A stretch of DNA of 64,000 nucleotides, taken from contig OZ281500.1 of NCBI GenBank assembly GCA_965637545.1, positions 19,592,001-19,656,000 of the forward strand. The letters are read 5' to 3'. The position numbers were made by a program, and so were the translations under genes. Shown here piece after piece: positions 1 to 12,300 of the stretch; positions within the stretch are counted from its first letter, which is position 1; every line of letters starts with the position of its first letter. The notes below the pieces were generated by a model. That model saw only the letters and a list, made by a program, of their open reading frames with translations, had not been told where the DNA came from and searched no databases. Origin of the DNA: Phallusia mammillata (Eukaryota).

Positions 1-465
1 CCCTCACTACTAAGATCACATAAAACGTGTAAACCCTATACACTTTTCTAAACGTATGTCAAAATGTAGAAAAATCAAGCAAGATCAGTGGGAACTGTCT
101 GTTTCTAACGGGTGTCCAAATTAAAACACGTCAGGAACTCGCGATATAAAACGGGATTTAAATTAACTTTAAAGACCGTGACCCTCCTGATACTTTAACA
201 CCATGCATTCACCAAAGTTCGTTCTTATGCGAGCGCAAAAATCGCGGCAGTACATCATCTTTATGGACAGTAATTGGCACGTGCAAGACGCGAAGCGACT
301 CCCTTAATACAGTCGTGTGTGTGGGGAAAACACCACGCCTCAGGGAAAAATGAAAACAACCACACCAGATAAGTATTTGGGCGTGGATATTCATCTGGCA
401 GCTGCCAATCATCAAAAGGAAAGACAGCAAGTCAGTTTAATGATCAATTCAACATGTTTGCTAAA

Positions 466-3400
466 ATGAATTTCTGGTTATTTGCTGCTTGTGTGTTTAT
501 TTTAAATTTGACCTGTAGCCAAGCTTTGAATTCAGGTAAGTAGCATAGTTTTGATATAAATTTATTTGAATATAATACATGTTCATGACAAAAGTATGCC
601 AAGTTTATTAGAGCCAGGTAGTTTTTCAACAGTTTGCTAACGTACGTTTTTTGTCCAGATTGTCGATGTTGGGAAAATCCAATCTTTCGTGTTTCTTGTC
701 CCTCTGGTGATTCGCTGGACGAAACCTCCTGTCGGCAGGCGGGCTGTTGCTATGACGACCAGACTCTAACTTATCACTGGCCGAGGCCAAAATGTTACAT
801 GAAAAAAGGTTTGACTCCCTTAAACCATGTAGGCTAAATAGTGAAACGTGACAAAGGTGTTGCAATTAAGAGAGAAATGCTATTTTGTACTGCAGGCTGT
901 CTAAGTACTCTTCATCACGTAAACTGTAGTCTAATATAACAGTCTGGTGATACTTTTTGCAGGAACTTGCCCGAAAGATGAAAAGTGTATTGTGTATAGC
1001 GGACGGGAGGTTTGTGGACACAGAGCAATGGGAAGGACTTTGTGTGAGATGAAGAGATGTTGTTTTGATAACAGCCAATATCCATTTTGCTACAAACCGA
1101 AAGGTAGGTTTAATCAATATAGTCTACTCTAGGCTACTATTTTTTGCAAGCTCGCACGAAGTTTGGCAAATCGAAACGCACATACGCAAAAAGGATTCAA
1201 AAATTTGTACAATTGTTAACCTGAAACTCATTAAGACAAAACTGGTGGATATATGCCCAAGTGCCCAGATAAACTATATCAATAGGCCATTCTTGATGAT
1301 AAATAACACAGGTTATCATTTTAAACGACAACACTGGAGAGCAGTCTGTTGCCCAAAGTCTAAAATACTACTTTGTGAGATCATGGATATTAAAACTGCG
1401 TTGTAGCTACAAGACATAATAATTACTCTGATTTATTTCAATGATTTTCGCAAAATCAAAAAGACCCACGATTTTCGTCCACTAATTTGAATTTCTCAGC
1501 TGAAACATTGTTGTATTTTTGTTGTGCTGTGTCAAAATAACTAGCAAAGGAATTTAACATTGTTGCAAGTTGGCGACACGCGACATGTTTAAACAACTCT
1601 GCGCTGCGATAATCCCACTTGACTCCAGTCCACCCTACAAACACAAATTTACACAAAACATTGTTTCTAATGCAAAATCTAGCGATGAACCGACAAGACC
1701 CTTCAGAACCTTGGCGCGTGCCATCCCTATTCTAAACAATACGAGTTAATCCCGCCTAGAACAAAGCAAGTGCCCCGAGACGCGGAGACGCAATAGCCCC
1801 GCGACACTTGTTTTTTGCGTAAACTACTTTGAATAATGCACGCCACGAAAATTTTATGTGGTTTCAACAATCTATCACAGCGGTACCAACTACATCATTC
1901 ACCACACGTACGAGCACGTTTACAATCCCAACAACAGCAGCAACTACAACTTCAATCCTGACGTCACCAACAACAGTTTTCTCAACATCGTATCGTCCTG
2001 CACCTTCGACGACAAGGCCAACAGCAAGCACCATCACCGCGACACTTACGTCACGATTTTCCACAATGACCTCTCAGTTTTCCACTTTGACGTCATCGCC
2101 AACCACTATGACGTCATCTTCAGCGTTGCCTACGTCACGACCACCATTTACGTATCTCGGCGGTCCGTTTGGATTCTATCAGATTGGGAATATGCTGATG
2201 TATTCTGAATGTCCGAGGGTAGGCAACGAGTCATGTTTGGACGGTTCCGTCACGGATGAGTAAGTTTGTTACTGGACTTGAGCAAAGATTAGTTTATGTG
2301 TCGATTAAGTAGAGCAGGGGTCGGCGACCTTTTTTGTACTGCGGACCGTTTTTAAAACTGAAATTTGTATTCCATACCTACACTCAAATTTTAAACAAAC
2401 TTTTCATTAAAAAAACAAACTTTTAAAAACGAGTTCAGCACCTGATTTCTCAGGCGGAGAATGCACTTATAGTATAACTTTTATCGCTGTTTGGCCGTAA
2501 TCCGTGTGTGAGACATGTTACCGATTTAATTATGTGTCTTCGTCAGGTCTAATTGCACACGGAACTACTGCTGCTGGAACAAGGAGCTTGTCGGCAGCAC
2601 TTACGACCCCTGCTACAGACCTTCTATTCGCGTTATTAACTGGCCTGACCCTGGTGCGTATATTAGCGCTAAAAGTAACCACAAGTACTGATCGCTACAT
2701 AACTAATAATTTAGTGATTTTGCTCACTCGTACTAATGTAACTGCGATGGATAAAGTGCTTTTGCTTGCTTGTAAAATCTGAGGTTATTTTTTAGGAATT
2801 AAGTAAAAATAATATGCTGCGAATAGCAATGTTTGTTGAACACTTTGTACCAGAACAACGCGGTTTTATCTAGCTTTTAATGTTAAAACTGCAACACAAC
2901 ACAATACCAGTTTATTAGACAACTGCGTCCACAGTTTCATGTCGATTATATAGAACATAGCATTATAAAACTGCTTTTCGAGGCTATGCAAAGATATTCA
3001 TTACCGAAAAAAGCATGACTTCATGATCTTATTAAACTGACGAATACTTCAATTTCCATATTTCATTGCTTTTCCAGGAAAGAACCAAACTGAGCTGCCA
3101 AAATGGACGCCATGGACCCCGTGGTCGAGTTGCATGGGTCAGCCTTGTCGCGTTGGAATACGAACGCGGGAACGGACTTGTGAGAATAAAACACCAGCAT
3201 TAGCTTGTACAGGATTCGGAGCTGACTTCGAACAGTGTGAAGCTCCATGTCCGAAAAAGTGGGGTCCATGGACAGCATGGTCGGGTTGTGATGTAAAATG
3301 CGGACCTGGTATCACAACAAGGCGACGTTCGTGTGTAGATGACGGTAAGATTGGACCTAATGCAAAAAACATTTTGTTGATAATATGATATTACATACAT

Positions 3401-5266
3401 GGGATCAGCACTGAAGCGTTCATACAGACCAGCGATTACGGCACACTCGTATATAAATCATAGCTAAATACGGGGCAGGCAATTCGACTTTCGACGGTAT
3501 CACCACAAAGCATGTGTAGCTCAGTTTGGAGAGGGCTAGTCCCTAAAAGGCCCCTGTCGTTGGTTTGAATCCCACCACGTGTTAAGTTTTACTGGCCTAC
3601 GCCTTGCTAAGTGGGAATGCTTGGCAACCGACTGATTCGTTATGAGGCTTTCAATATAGGCCTGGCGCACTATGACATAAATATATTTTAAAATCTTTGT
3701 GTCAAGCGTTTTACTATGTCTTTGACTTTAAGCTAAGGAGTACTTTCAAGGTCGTTGGTTTTTGTTTTGTTTAAAATATTTATTTGTTGACAAAGTCTTA
3801 TTTTGACTTTGTTTTGCTTTTTCAGGAGGAAGTATTGTTTCCAACACCGGTTGTCCACAGGGTAGCCTTGCTGCAAGGGAATCCCTTCCATGCCAGACCG
3901 ACTTTTGCACGAATTGGTCTCCGTGGATTACAGGCCCATGCTCAAGTTCATGCGGCAGAGGCATCAGAAATAACACGCGGTTCGTTGACAGACTTGGTTG
4001 TAGGATTTGTGTTGTATTATCAGAATGTCTCCCCAAAAAACGTGTAATTAAAACAGGGGTATCCAAACTTTATTTAATGGGGGCAATTTTTATCAAGTGA
4101 AGATGCCCGCTAGCCATCTTTTTTGTGCGAAGTTTTTAACCGTAGAATTAGAACACAAATATACGGAATTTAAGGAAATTGTTGGAATTTATTGCGTCAG
4201 CACCATGTATACATCCTTTTTACCGGAAAATAAAGTTCCATGGATAGCTTTTGCGTGAAGTTGCAAGTCGCCAATATTCAAAAACTTAATCTAAACTACG
4301 ACGGGCCATACGCAACACAATTTGAAATACACGTGCGGGCCACGTGAAATGCCGCCGCGGGCCGTACTTTGGACGCCCCTGGTTTTTTCTTTTCACAACG
4401 GTAATACATTTCTCGTTATGGTAAAATCATTTTCACGGTGATATTGGCAACACTTATCACCATGTGATAACTTTAACACTTAGGTTTTCAAAAAACTTAA
4501 ACAAAACTTACACACAGAATATGTTTTGGTGAATCGTCGCGAAAATCTCCCACAAGCTGTAATTACGTCACTGCTTTGTGCGATGACGTGCCATGTCCTC
4601 TATCCACTCCCTCAAATCCCGAGTGGGGTCCGTGGACACCGTGGAGTCGGTGTTCTGAACCTTGTGGAACCGGTACCCGATCTAGAATCAGAATGTGTTA
4701 TGATAGCGTCAATGGGGAACCGGTTTCAACTGGTTCGAAGCCATATTGTGACAATGGGCCCGGGTTCCAAGTAGATGGATGTAACACAGGTAAAAAAGCT
4801 TTTTATAACTCGTTTTTCGTGTAAAAAAGCTTGTGTAAAAAAATCTCTTGTGTGTAAAAATAAAAATAAAAAATTACCCAAGAGCGTGCATGCATGTACT
4901 TTATTTGATTGTTAATATTAAATACTATTTATCGCGTACTTTTCAACAATACCTTCTGTCATTGTAAGTACAGATCAGACCTTAAAAATTGCGCAATAGA
5001 ATATATTCCACACATATACACAAGCTCTCTGGCAACTTAGTTTGGAACCAAGCTACTTTTTAAGTCTGTTCCTAATGTTTTTAAACACAATGTTCTGTTT
5101 CGCAGGCTTTTGCTCGGCTTGGTCGAGTTGGTCTTCAGGTTCATCGCTCTGCAGCGCCTCATGCGGAATCACAGAATCGCGTTCGTGCGTAGGAAGTGAG
5201 GCCGTGATGTCACCGTTTGTTTGTTTCAAGCGAACTGTGAGATGTGCGACGGAAGCTTGTGCCTGA
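466..5266 (+). CDS. Secreted trefoil(P-domain)x3 + Thr/Ser-rich mucin segment + thrombospondin type-1 x5 protein (about 566 aa, 9 exons)
   Basis: Exons 466-535, 659-808, 963-1103, 1881-2259, 2547-2653, 3078-3344, 3826-3979, 4518-4789, 5106-5266. All junctions are GT-AG and phase-consistent, total 1701 nt (in-frame upstream ATG at 454). Signal peptide MNFWLFAACVFILNLTCSQA. Trefoil patterns RVSC..C..GCCYD..PKCY, REVCG..C..RCCFD..PFCY, and a third split by an intron, ECPRVGNESC..SNCTRNYCCW..PCY. PTS exon. Five WxxWxxC..C..R.R.C TSP1 repeats. Confidence 0.9.
3400..3582 (+). repeat. Repeat containing a tRNA-like segment (SINE-like, family C)
   Basis: 3510-3582 has A-box-like TAGCTCAGTTTGG and B-box-like GGTTTGAATCCC. 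Flanking sequence is shared with 15225-15450, and the GGGATCAGC.CTGAAGCG module is shared with 17115-17128 and 40695-40715. Confidence 0.6.
4054..4381. mobile_element. Non-autonomous DNA transposon (MITE, CAGGGG termini)
   Basis: Termini CAGGGGTATCCAAA and TTTGGACGCCCCTG are imperfect inverted repeats. No clear TSD. Confidence 0.6.
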
Positions 5267-5307
5267 TTTTGTTTAATTTATTTGCGCCTTTGTTTTTGTA
5301 TTACTGC

Positions 5308-5313
5308 AATAAA
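5308..5313 (+). promoter_or_regulatory. Polyadenylation signal of trefoil/TSP1 gene
   Basis: AATAAA 42 nt after the stop codon at 5266. Confidence 0.6.
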
Positions 5314-6009
5314 ACTTCCCAATGTCTTTGTGTTTCTTGAGGTTGTCTTTTGTGCACTACTTTCTTTAAAAAAGTATGTGCCACATTTGAAGAGTAGCAC
5401 TTCACGCCAAACTCGTGTGCCGCGAAAGTGTACGTTATAAAAAAAAAACTTAAGAAAACAAGATATTGTTTCATCACAGATTTAAACTTTGCCTCAGGCT
5501 GGCAATAAAGTGACTTTGCTCAATCAAAAACGAAAAAAACACACATACGTTTTTCTAATGCTGTCACTTGCATTTTAAGCTGCGCTTTAAGTGTGACTTG
5601 AGTGAAAAAAGGTTTCAGAACTGATTCATGCTTAATTAATTTACTCTTTGGGGGTTACATTTGCCTTTTCATAAAACAGGTAACAATTCATTTGTTTCAA
5701 TATACCAATGCACACAATAGACCTGTATTGTCTGTCGATCAAACCGCTATTTCGTGCTAAGGGTCGGATGAAAAACAATCGATGTTATACGCGGGCGTTG
5801 CAGAAAAACAGGCAAACAAACAGCCTGGAAGAGGAAGCTGTCTTCCTGTACAACTCATCCAAAGGGTTATTGTTTTATCTGTATTATCCTGTTTTGTACT
5901 CTTTGGTTCCACTGAAAACCTGTGAATAATTCACCTGTAGGCTTACGTGGCCTGTTGTGTATCCTGTTGTTTTAATGTTGCGAACGTTTAGTTTGATTAG
6001 ACACGCCCG

Positions 6010-6117
6010 CTGTTAGGACAGACACGGACCCGAAGATAAACTTCATTGGTGACTTGCGTTTGAAGTAAGTTCTTGTAATGTAGGCTACGAGTTGTAATTT
6101 TTTGTCATTACAGTGAG
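6010..6117 (+). other. 5' UTR exon(s) of the CysD/VWD gene, including a candidate 4-nt microexon
   Basis: Donor GAA|GTAAGT at 6064/6065. Acceptor TTTTTTGTCATTACAG (6113), then TGAG (6114-6117), then GTAAGT. Acceptor TTCCAG at 6316, just before ATG 6325. The 5' boundary is approximate. Confidence 0.5.
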
Positions 6118-6324
6118 GTAAGTAGGCTAATTGTATCTAATATTCTGATCGTGTGTTTGCGACATTTGCTTAATTGTTCTACTTCACCAAACCCAGTAAA
6201 ATTTTGTTATTTTTGCATTAAAAAATACATTAAGTGTTTCTTACAAAACATATCAAGTGACATATCGAGTGTTTCAAACTCTGACAACAGTTTAATTTTA
6301 TGTTTTTGTTTTCCAGTCAACAAA

Positions 6325-9300
6325 ATGAGAAAGTGGATGAGTGCAGTGCTGGTGTTGGCTTCGCTTTTCGGTGCTGATGCACAGAGATTTGACCCCACCA
6401 CGCTACCCCGTAAAAGAGTGTTTGTATTTGTAGCTAAATTATGTGTAGCTAAAATCAACTAAAAATCTGTGTTTTGTGCTTAAAACTAGTGACGCTGAAA
6501 AGGTTCGGGCCGAAACCGAATATTCGGCCACGAGGCGGAATAATTTCGGCCGAATCAGGCCGAACCTAAAATCCCCTTTCTTATGGATGTTTCAAATGAA
6601 CCTTGTGTTATTGATACAAGTAGCCTGAACTCAATTTTGACAAACTAATATCACTTTCACAATGTGTAGGCCTAAGCTTTACTAAACATCTAATACTTTT
6701 GCAGACAACGTGGCTCGTATTTTATAGATACAACAAATAGTTAATTTATGACGTTTCGTATGGGCGAAAATGAAACCTAAGGCCTTAAATCCATGCAATA
6801 AAAAAGTTCGGTGTCCGCCGTATTTTAAAAAAATTTGGGCCGAAACCGAAATAACTGGAAAACAATGGATTCGGCTGAAATGTTTCGGCCAACCGAAACT
6901 TCGGGGCATCACTACTTAAAACGTTCCACATCAACGGAACAATACAAGGGGTTCTTTATATTTTGCGAGTTAGTTTTAATAAAACATTTGCATTGAGACT
7001 AAACACCCTTTATCAGATAAAGTTGATGATCAGATGTTATTAATGTTTATTGTTTTATTGCGCAAAGTCTGTCCGACCGCCACCGCCGCATCGTGTGTGG
7101 ACAGATTCTGCACCGATGAATGTCCGGCTTATCCTGATGCATTCTGTTACAAAAGGGGTTGTGATGGAAATTGCGACTTGGCGGAATTTTTTATCAATGG
7201 AGTCAAGCTTGACCCTAAAATGTGCGAAGGTAAAATCATAGTCTTTACATACATACATAGAATCTATGGGCGAATTTAACAAAGAAATACCTTTAAAGTC
7301 ATTTCCATCAGCCAATTTGATCCTTAGTTCCATGATATTGCTGCAAATAGTTTTTAATGCTCTTTAATTCTTATTGCTTTGCAGTCGCAATAGAAATTAA
7401 ACCCACAAACAAGCAACAAATACGAGATTAGCCATGCGTCACGATTTGCAATGGCGCGTAAAACGATTTGTTAGTTGTTTAACGAGCAGTCCACAGGAAA
7501 GTTCTCACGTATATATTGCGCTGTACTCATAATTTGCTTAGAAACGCATGAGAATCGCTGCAATAACACGTTTTTGAAAAACCCACACGTCTCTGCGGAC
7601 CAATTAATTTTGTTTAAAGACATTTATGTATATGTTCTTTCACCAAGCAAAAATAACTGAACATGCATTTTGGTCCTAAATCGGTCACCGGTTGCACACT
7701 TTTGGCTTGGAATATTTCGTTTTGACATCAGTTAAACTTTCATAAATCAAAACCATTTAAGGTAAATAGTTTAGAGCCCAAAAACAATCAAAGAAATCAT
7801 TTAGGAGCTCTTTCGGTTCAAACACAAACCAAAAATCAATTTTTTAAAGAAACCTGCGCTGGAAAGTGGACGCCATGGTTAGACCGTGACAACCCTGGTG
7901 GTGTTGGGGATTTTGAAACCTTAGTGGAACTTCGTAAAGAGAGACCTGAGGTTATTTGTGATCGACCTTCTCTGATCCAAGCACAAACTCTTACCGGAGT
8001 TCCGGCAGGCCTTACTGGCCAAGTAACCTACAAATCTCTGACAGACGGATTTAAGTGCATAAATAATGACAACAAAGGACAATGCTTGGACTACAGGGTT
8101 CGCTTTTGCTGTGAAGACAGTAAGTAAAATAATAATGTGACATAATCAGAAATAAAATGATCACAACTATAAATCCTTCAAACACTTTTATCATGTAACC
8201 ATCTCTTGAAGCTTTTTTAATGTAGTTTTTGTGCCTAAAAGTTGTAAATATTCTTAACTAGTTAAATTAAATGTAAAAAAAAACTAGTGGGCCAAAAATC
8301 CCTAAAACCCAAAAGATTCATAACATTGACCATTTCTTTTCCCAACAGTTCCCCAATGCCCAGACAAAGCATGGACACAATTTTTCAATCGTGATCGCCC
8401 ATCATTAACATGTGATTGTGAAACCCTAAGCGATTTAAGAAGAGAATACCCTGACAAAATATGTGACAAACCAACAGCAATTGATGTAAGGGTATCAGCA
8501 ACGAATGAGCCCTATACCACAGCGGGCCAAGTGATAGCCCATGCTGATCCACAGAATGGTTTTCGTTGTAACAACGTCGGCCAGACATGCTTGGATTATA
8601 AAGTCCGATTTTGCTGCCCAGAAGGTAAGTTTTTAATGGGTAATATGGACCAAAACATCAATAGCAAAGTAAAGCTCATATCAGAACAAAATATTCTGGA
8701 TAGATTTAAAATTGGTAGTGTTTGTGGTATTCAGTATTGTTAAAGATGGTTAAGTGTAAAGGGTTAGATAAATAACTATATCTTGCAGGTGTTTAACACA
8801 GATATATATTGACCCAATTAATAAGCATGTGCAATTGATTAACTTGTAGCCAAAACACATTAATCAATGTGAGTAATATTAGCTTTTTATGGTGTTTAAC
8901 AATGTGGGCTTTTTCATTATGCCCAGTTTTAAACCATTTTTTTTTCCTTTAGTACCACCACCAACATGTGAAAAGGATGGATGGACACCTTGGCTCAATG
9001 TTGATGACCCCACTGGAGATTGCGATTGTGAAAGTACAAATGCTATTCGAGAGTAAGCAAATGTTTCATATAAATTTCTGATTTTTATCAACTAGTTTTT
9101 GACATAAAAATGTACTTTTTAACAGATCGGAATAAAATCTTTACAGTCTGATATTGTTATATAGTTCCTTTTTTTGAACTCCTTAGCTTTAACAGTGGTT
9201 AGCTCATTAGCATTATAAGAAACTAATGCTTTTTTTGTTTCATTGCAGCGCATATGGTGACCTACTGTGCAAAAACCCAACAGCTATCGATGCTAGAGTG

Positions 9301-12300
9301 AGTACTACAAAGGAAAGTTATTTGACTGTAAACCAGGATCTCACTATTAATGTGAAAAATGGTCTCAAATGTACCAACATTAATCAGGACTGCCATGATT
9401 ATGAAGTTCGCTATTGTTGCCCCAACCGTAAGTGCCGGAAATGTGCTGTTTTTTGTTGAAAAGCAGTAATAAAATGTTTGTGATTTAAGTTGCAACAGTT
9501 CCAATAACCACAAACAAATAAAAAAATACTAATCCCAAATGAAGCCCTTTGAATTTGAGTTTAATTTAAGGTATTAGAGTATTTTAATTTTAAATGTGAT
9601 TAGCATTGGTTATGTACTAGAATACGTCGGAAAAATCTTAGCTGGATTACATACTTTTATCATTACCAAAATAGTTTTAAATACAGAAATATAGATAGAT
9701 ACAAAAATTGCCATAAAATTTTTAAATCATATTCTTTTAGATACCATTCCGGAACCTGAATGTAAAAATGGAAAATGGACTCAATTTTACAATCGAGATC
9801 GTCCTAGTGGTGAAGGAGATTATGAGATTCTATCTGAACTTTTGGAGTTGGCACCAGAGGACATTTGCAATAATCCCACTAACGTAGATGTCCAAGTGGT
9901 CGCCACAGGGGCCAGTTACTTGACCGCTGGGCAAAATGTGGTCATCGACCCACACACAGGCTTCTATTGTGTAAATGACCATCAGAATGGCGAATTTTGC
10001 CAAGATTATCAAATCCGATTTTGCTGTCCAGATGGTAAGAATATCCAAAAACTTTTTTTGTAATTGTCTGTTATAAGAGCTAGGCTTTTTACCATGTGAT
10101 TACAGCTTTAAAACTGACCTTAAAATCAAACCACGAAACAAAAAATTTGTTTCTCCTGAAAATATCTCTTAAAGTTAGTTCCTTACTTTACACTTTGTTT
10201 CTAACCCTATCCCAGTCACATTGTTTTATATATTTTTTTAAATAACTGTGTTTGTGATGCTCTAGGACAGTGGTTCACAACTAGGGCTCATTGGGTCACG
10301 GGTGTAGGTACACCAGAAACACCCACTAAAAGTCATTTTTCTTTTTTGAAGCACATAAGTAAGTGTGTCGAATAAATTTGTTCCATAATTAAATTGACTA
10401 TTTCACACACTATTTGTCTATATTGAGGTTTGTCACGATTACGGGTTTTTGTTTACTCTATTCGACCTGTTTAAACCTAAAATTAGTACCAAATTCCAAC
10501 ACCAGTTTGCCATTTACATTTTTAAGGGGGCCACAAGTCTTACAGGGTTACCTGAAAGGGGCCTCGAAACCCAAATGTTACTTTTATAGGGCCACGGTCC
10601 ACGAAAGGTTGAGAACCACTGCTCTAGGAGTTTAGCAAACTTTGTGAATTGTGAGTTTTTATATTAGCACCGCTAAACGGAAAAAACTAAAATCAGTAAC
10701 TTGTGTTTGCAGAATGTGACGAGCCCAAGTGCACTGACGGTGATTGGACGCAGTTCTACGACATTGATGATGCAGACGGGGATTGTGACTGTGAACTTAT
10801 TGATCACATTAACGCCGTTTCAAAGAAAAAAGTCTGTCTCAACCCAACGGCTATAGACGCTCGCTTGTTAAACGGTGATGATTACACCACGGCAAACCAG
10901 GACGTTCATATTAGCTTGGATGATGGCTTCGCTTGCTACAACAGCGAAGACCAGAAATGCTGCGACTATAAAGTCAGATTTTGCTGCCCGAAACGTAAGT
11001 TTGTGTGCTTAGTGTGACCAAATATTTTGGTCATGCACGATTATGTTGTTTTGTACACTTGGTTTTCCTGATTTGGCACCGTCACGCGCATTTCTTATCT
11101 CTTGTGCTATTTGGTTTGTGGCACGTTGTTAGCATTCCCTTCCTTTGCCTGTAGGGCTACACGAGTTGCGCTGATTGGCCTGGAATGCGCTGCTTTACCA
11201 ATCAGGCACTTACAAAAGCAACTTCTGCTATGTAAACAGGCTTTTTCTCTGACGCGTGTAACGCGAGGTGTTGGTTAGTTAAAGTTCGCCACGTGTTGTT
11301 GCATTTTATCATGTAGCTACTTTTATCGCTGTTGATTTTATGGTTTTTAATAAAGTTGCGCTGTCCAAAATTAAACCAGTGCGCGGCATCTTTGGCTTTG
11401 GTGGTGAGCCGTCATTGCAGGGTTCGGGCCTAGAATAATTCCGTAACATTAGTGTCTATTTTTCAAGTAAGCGCAAGAAGGCTTTAGTAGTAGGTAAACT
11501 GTAGAATAATTTTAGTAAAGTATAAATCCACTACCTGGGTCACAATAATTTTCACGATAGGGTAGGTAGAACATAATCCAACAAGCTGTCTAAACAGACG
11601 CTTAAAACAAAACAAAAAGATGAAAAAATATTTGTCCTGGCAATTCCTTGCCATGGCAGATAACTGTTTTCTCTATAACGCAGTAGTAATTTTCCACTAA
11701 CCCTTTTTACCACTTTTCCAACGAACAGGTGAGGTGCAGTGCATTGATGGTAAATGGACGCAGTTCTATGATTCGGACGATCCGGCTGGTACCAATATGG
11801 GAGACGTCGAATTGATCAGCAATACGAATGTAACATGTCGTCCGACTAACATGGACGTCACGTTGCTCAATGGCGCCCCTTACGAGACGACAGGCGAGAC
11901 GGTGCACATAGCTTTTCCAATCAACTTCAAATGTGTGGATGCCGAACAGGACGATAAATCGTGTGAGGACTATAAAGTCCGTTATTGCTGCCCAGAAAAA
12001 GGTATATGGTGTGTAGTATTACTTTTCTTGTACTACTTAACGTATACTCTAAATATGGTTTAGTAGTGAAATACATTTGTCCATGATAAGAAAACTAACA
12101 GACTTTAATCTGGAAATAATGTTTTCAACACCGCCAATTGCAGTTTCTTTTGTTTGCAAGCAATATATTTAGTTTTTTAATAAAAAAAGGTTTTTTGTTG
12201 GTTTGTGTTACAAGAAATAGTATAGTACTTGGCTGATAGAAATGGTGGTATTTGTATTTTAATCATAAATACATGCACTATGGCCATAACTACATGCACT

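Noticed and set aside
1767-1810. Imperfect hairpin CAAGTG..CGCGG..CCGCG..CACTTG
   Set aside because: Probably a transposon end remnant. There is no second copy in the window to support a call.
1858-2208. Overlapping ORFs on both strands (1858-2208 +, 1864-2064 -)
   Set aside because: They are alternative-frame shadows of the Thr/Ser-rich exon.
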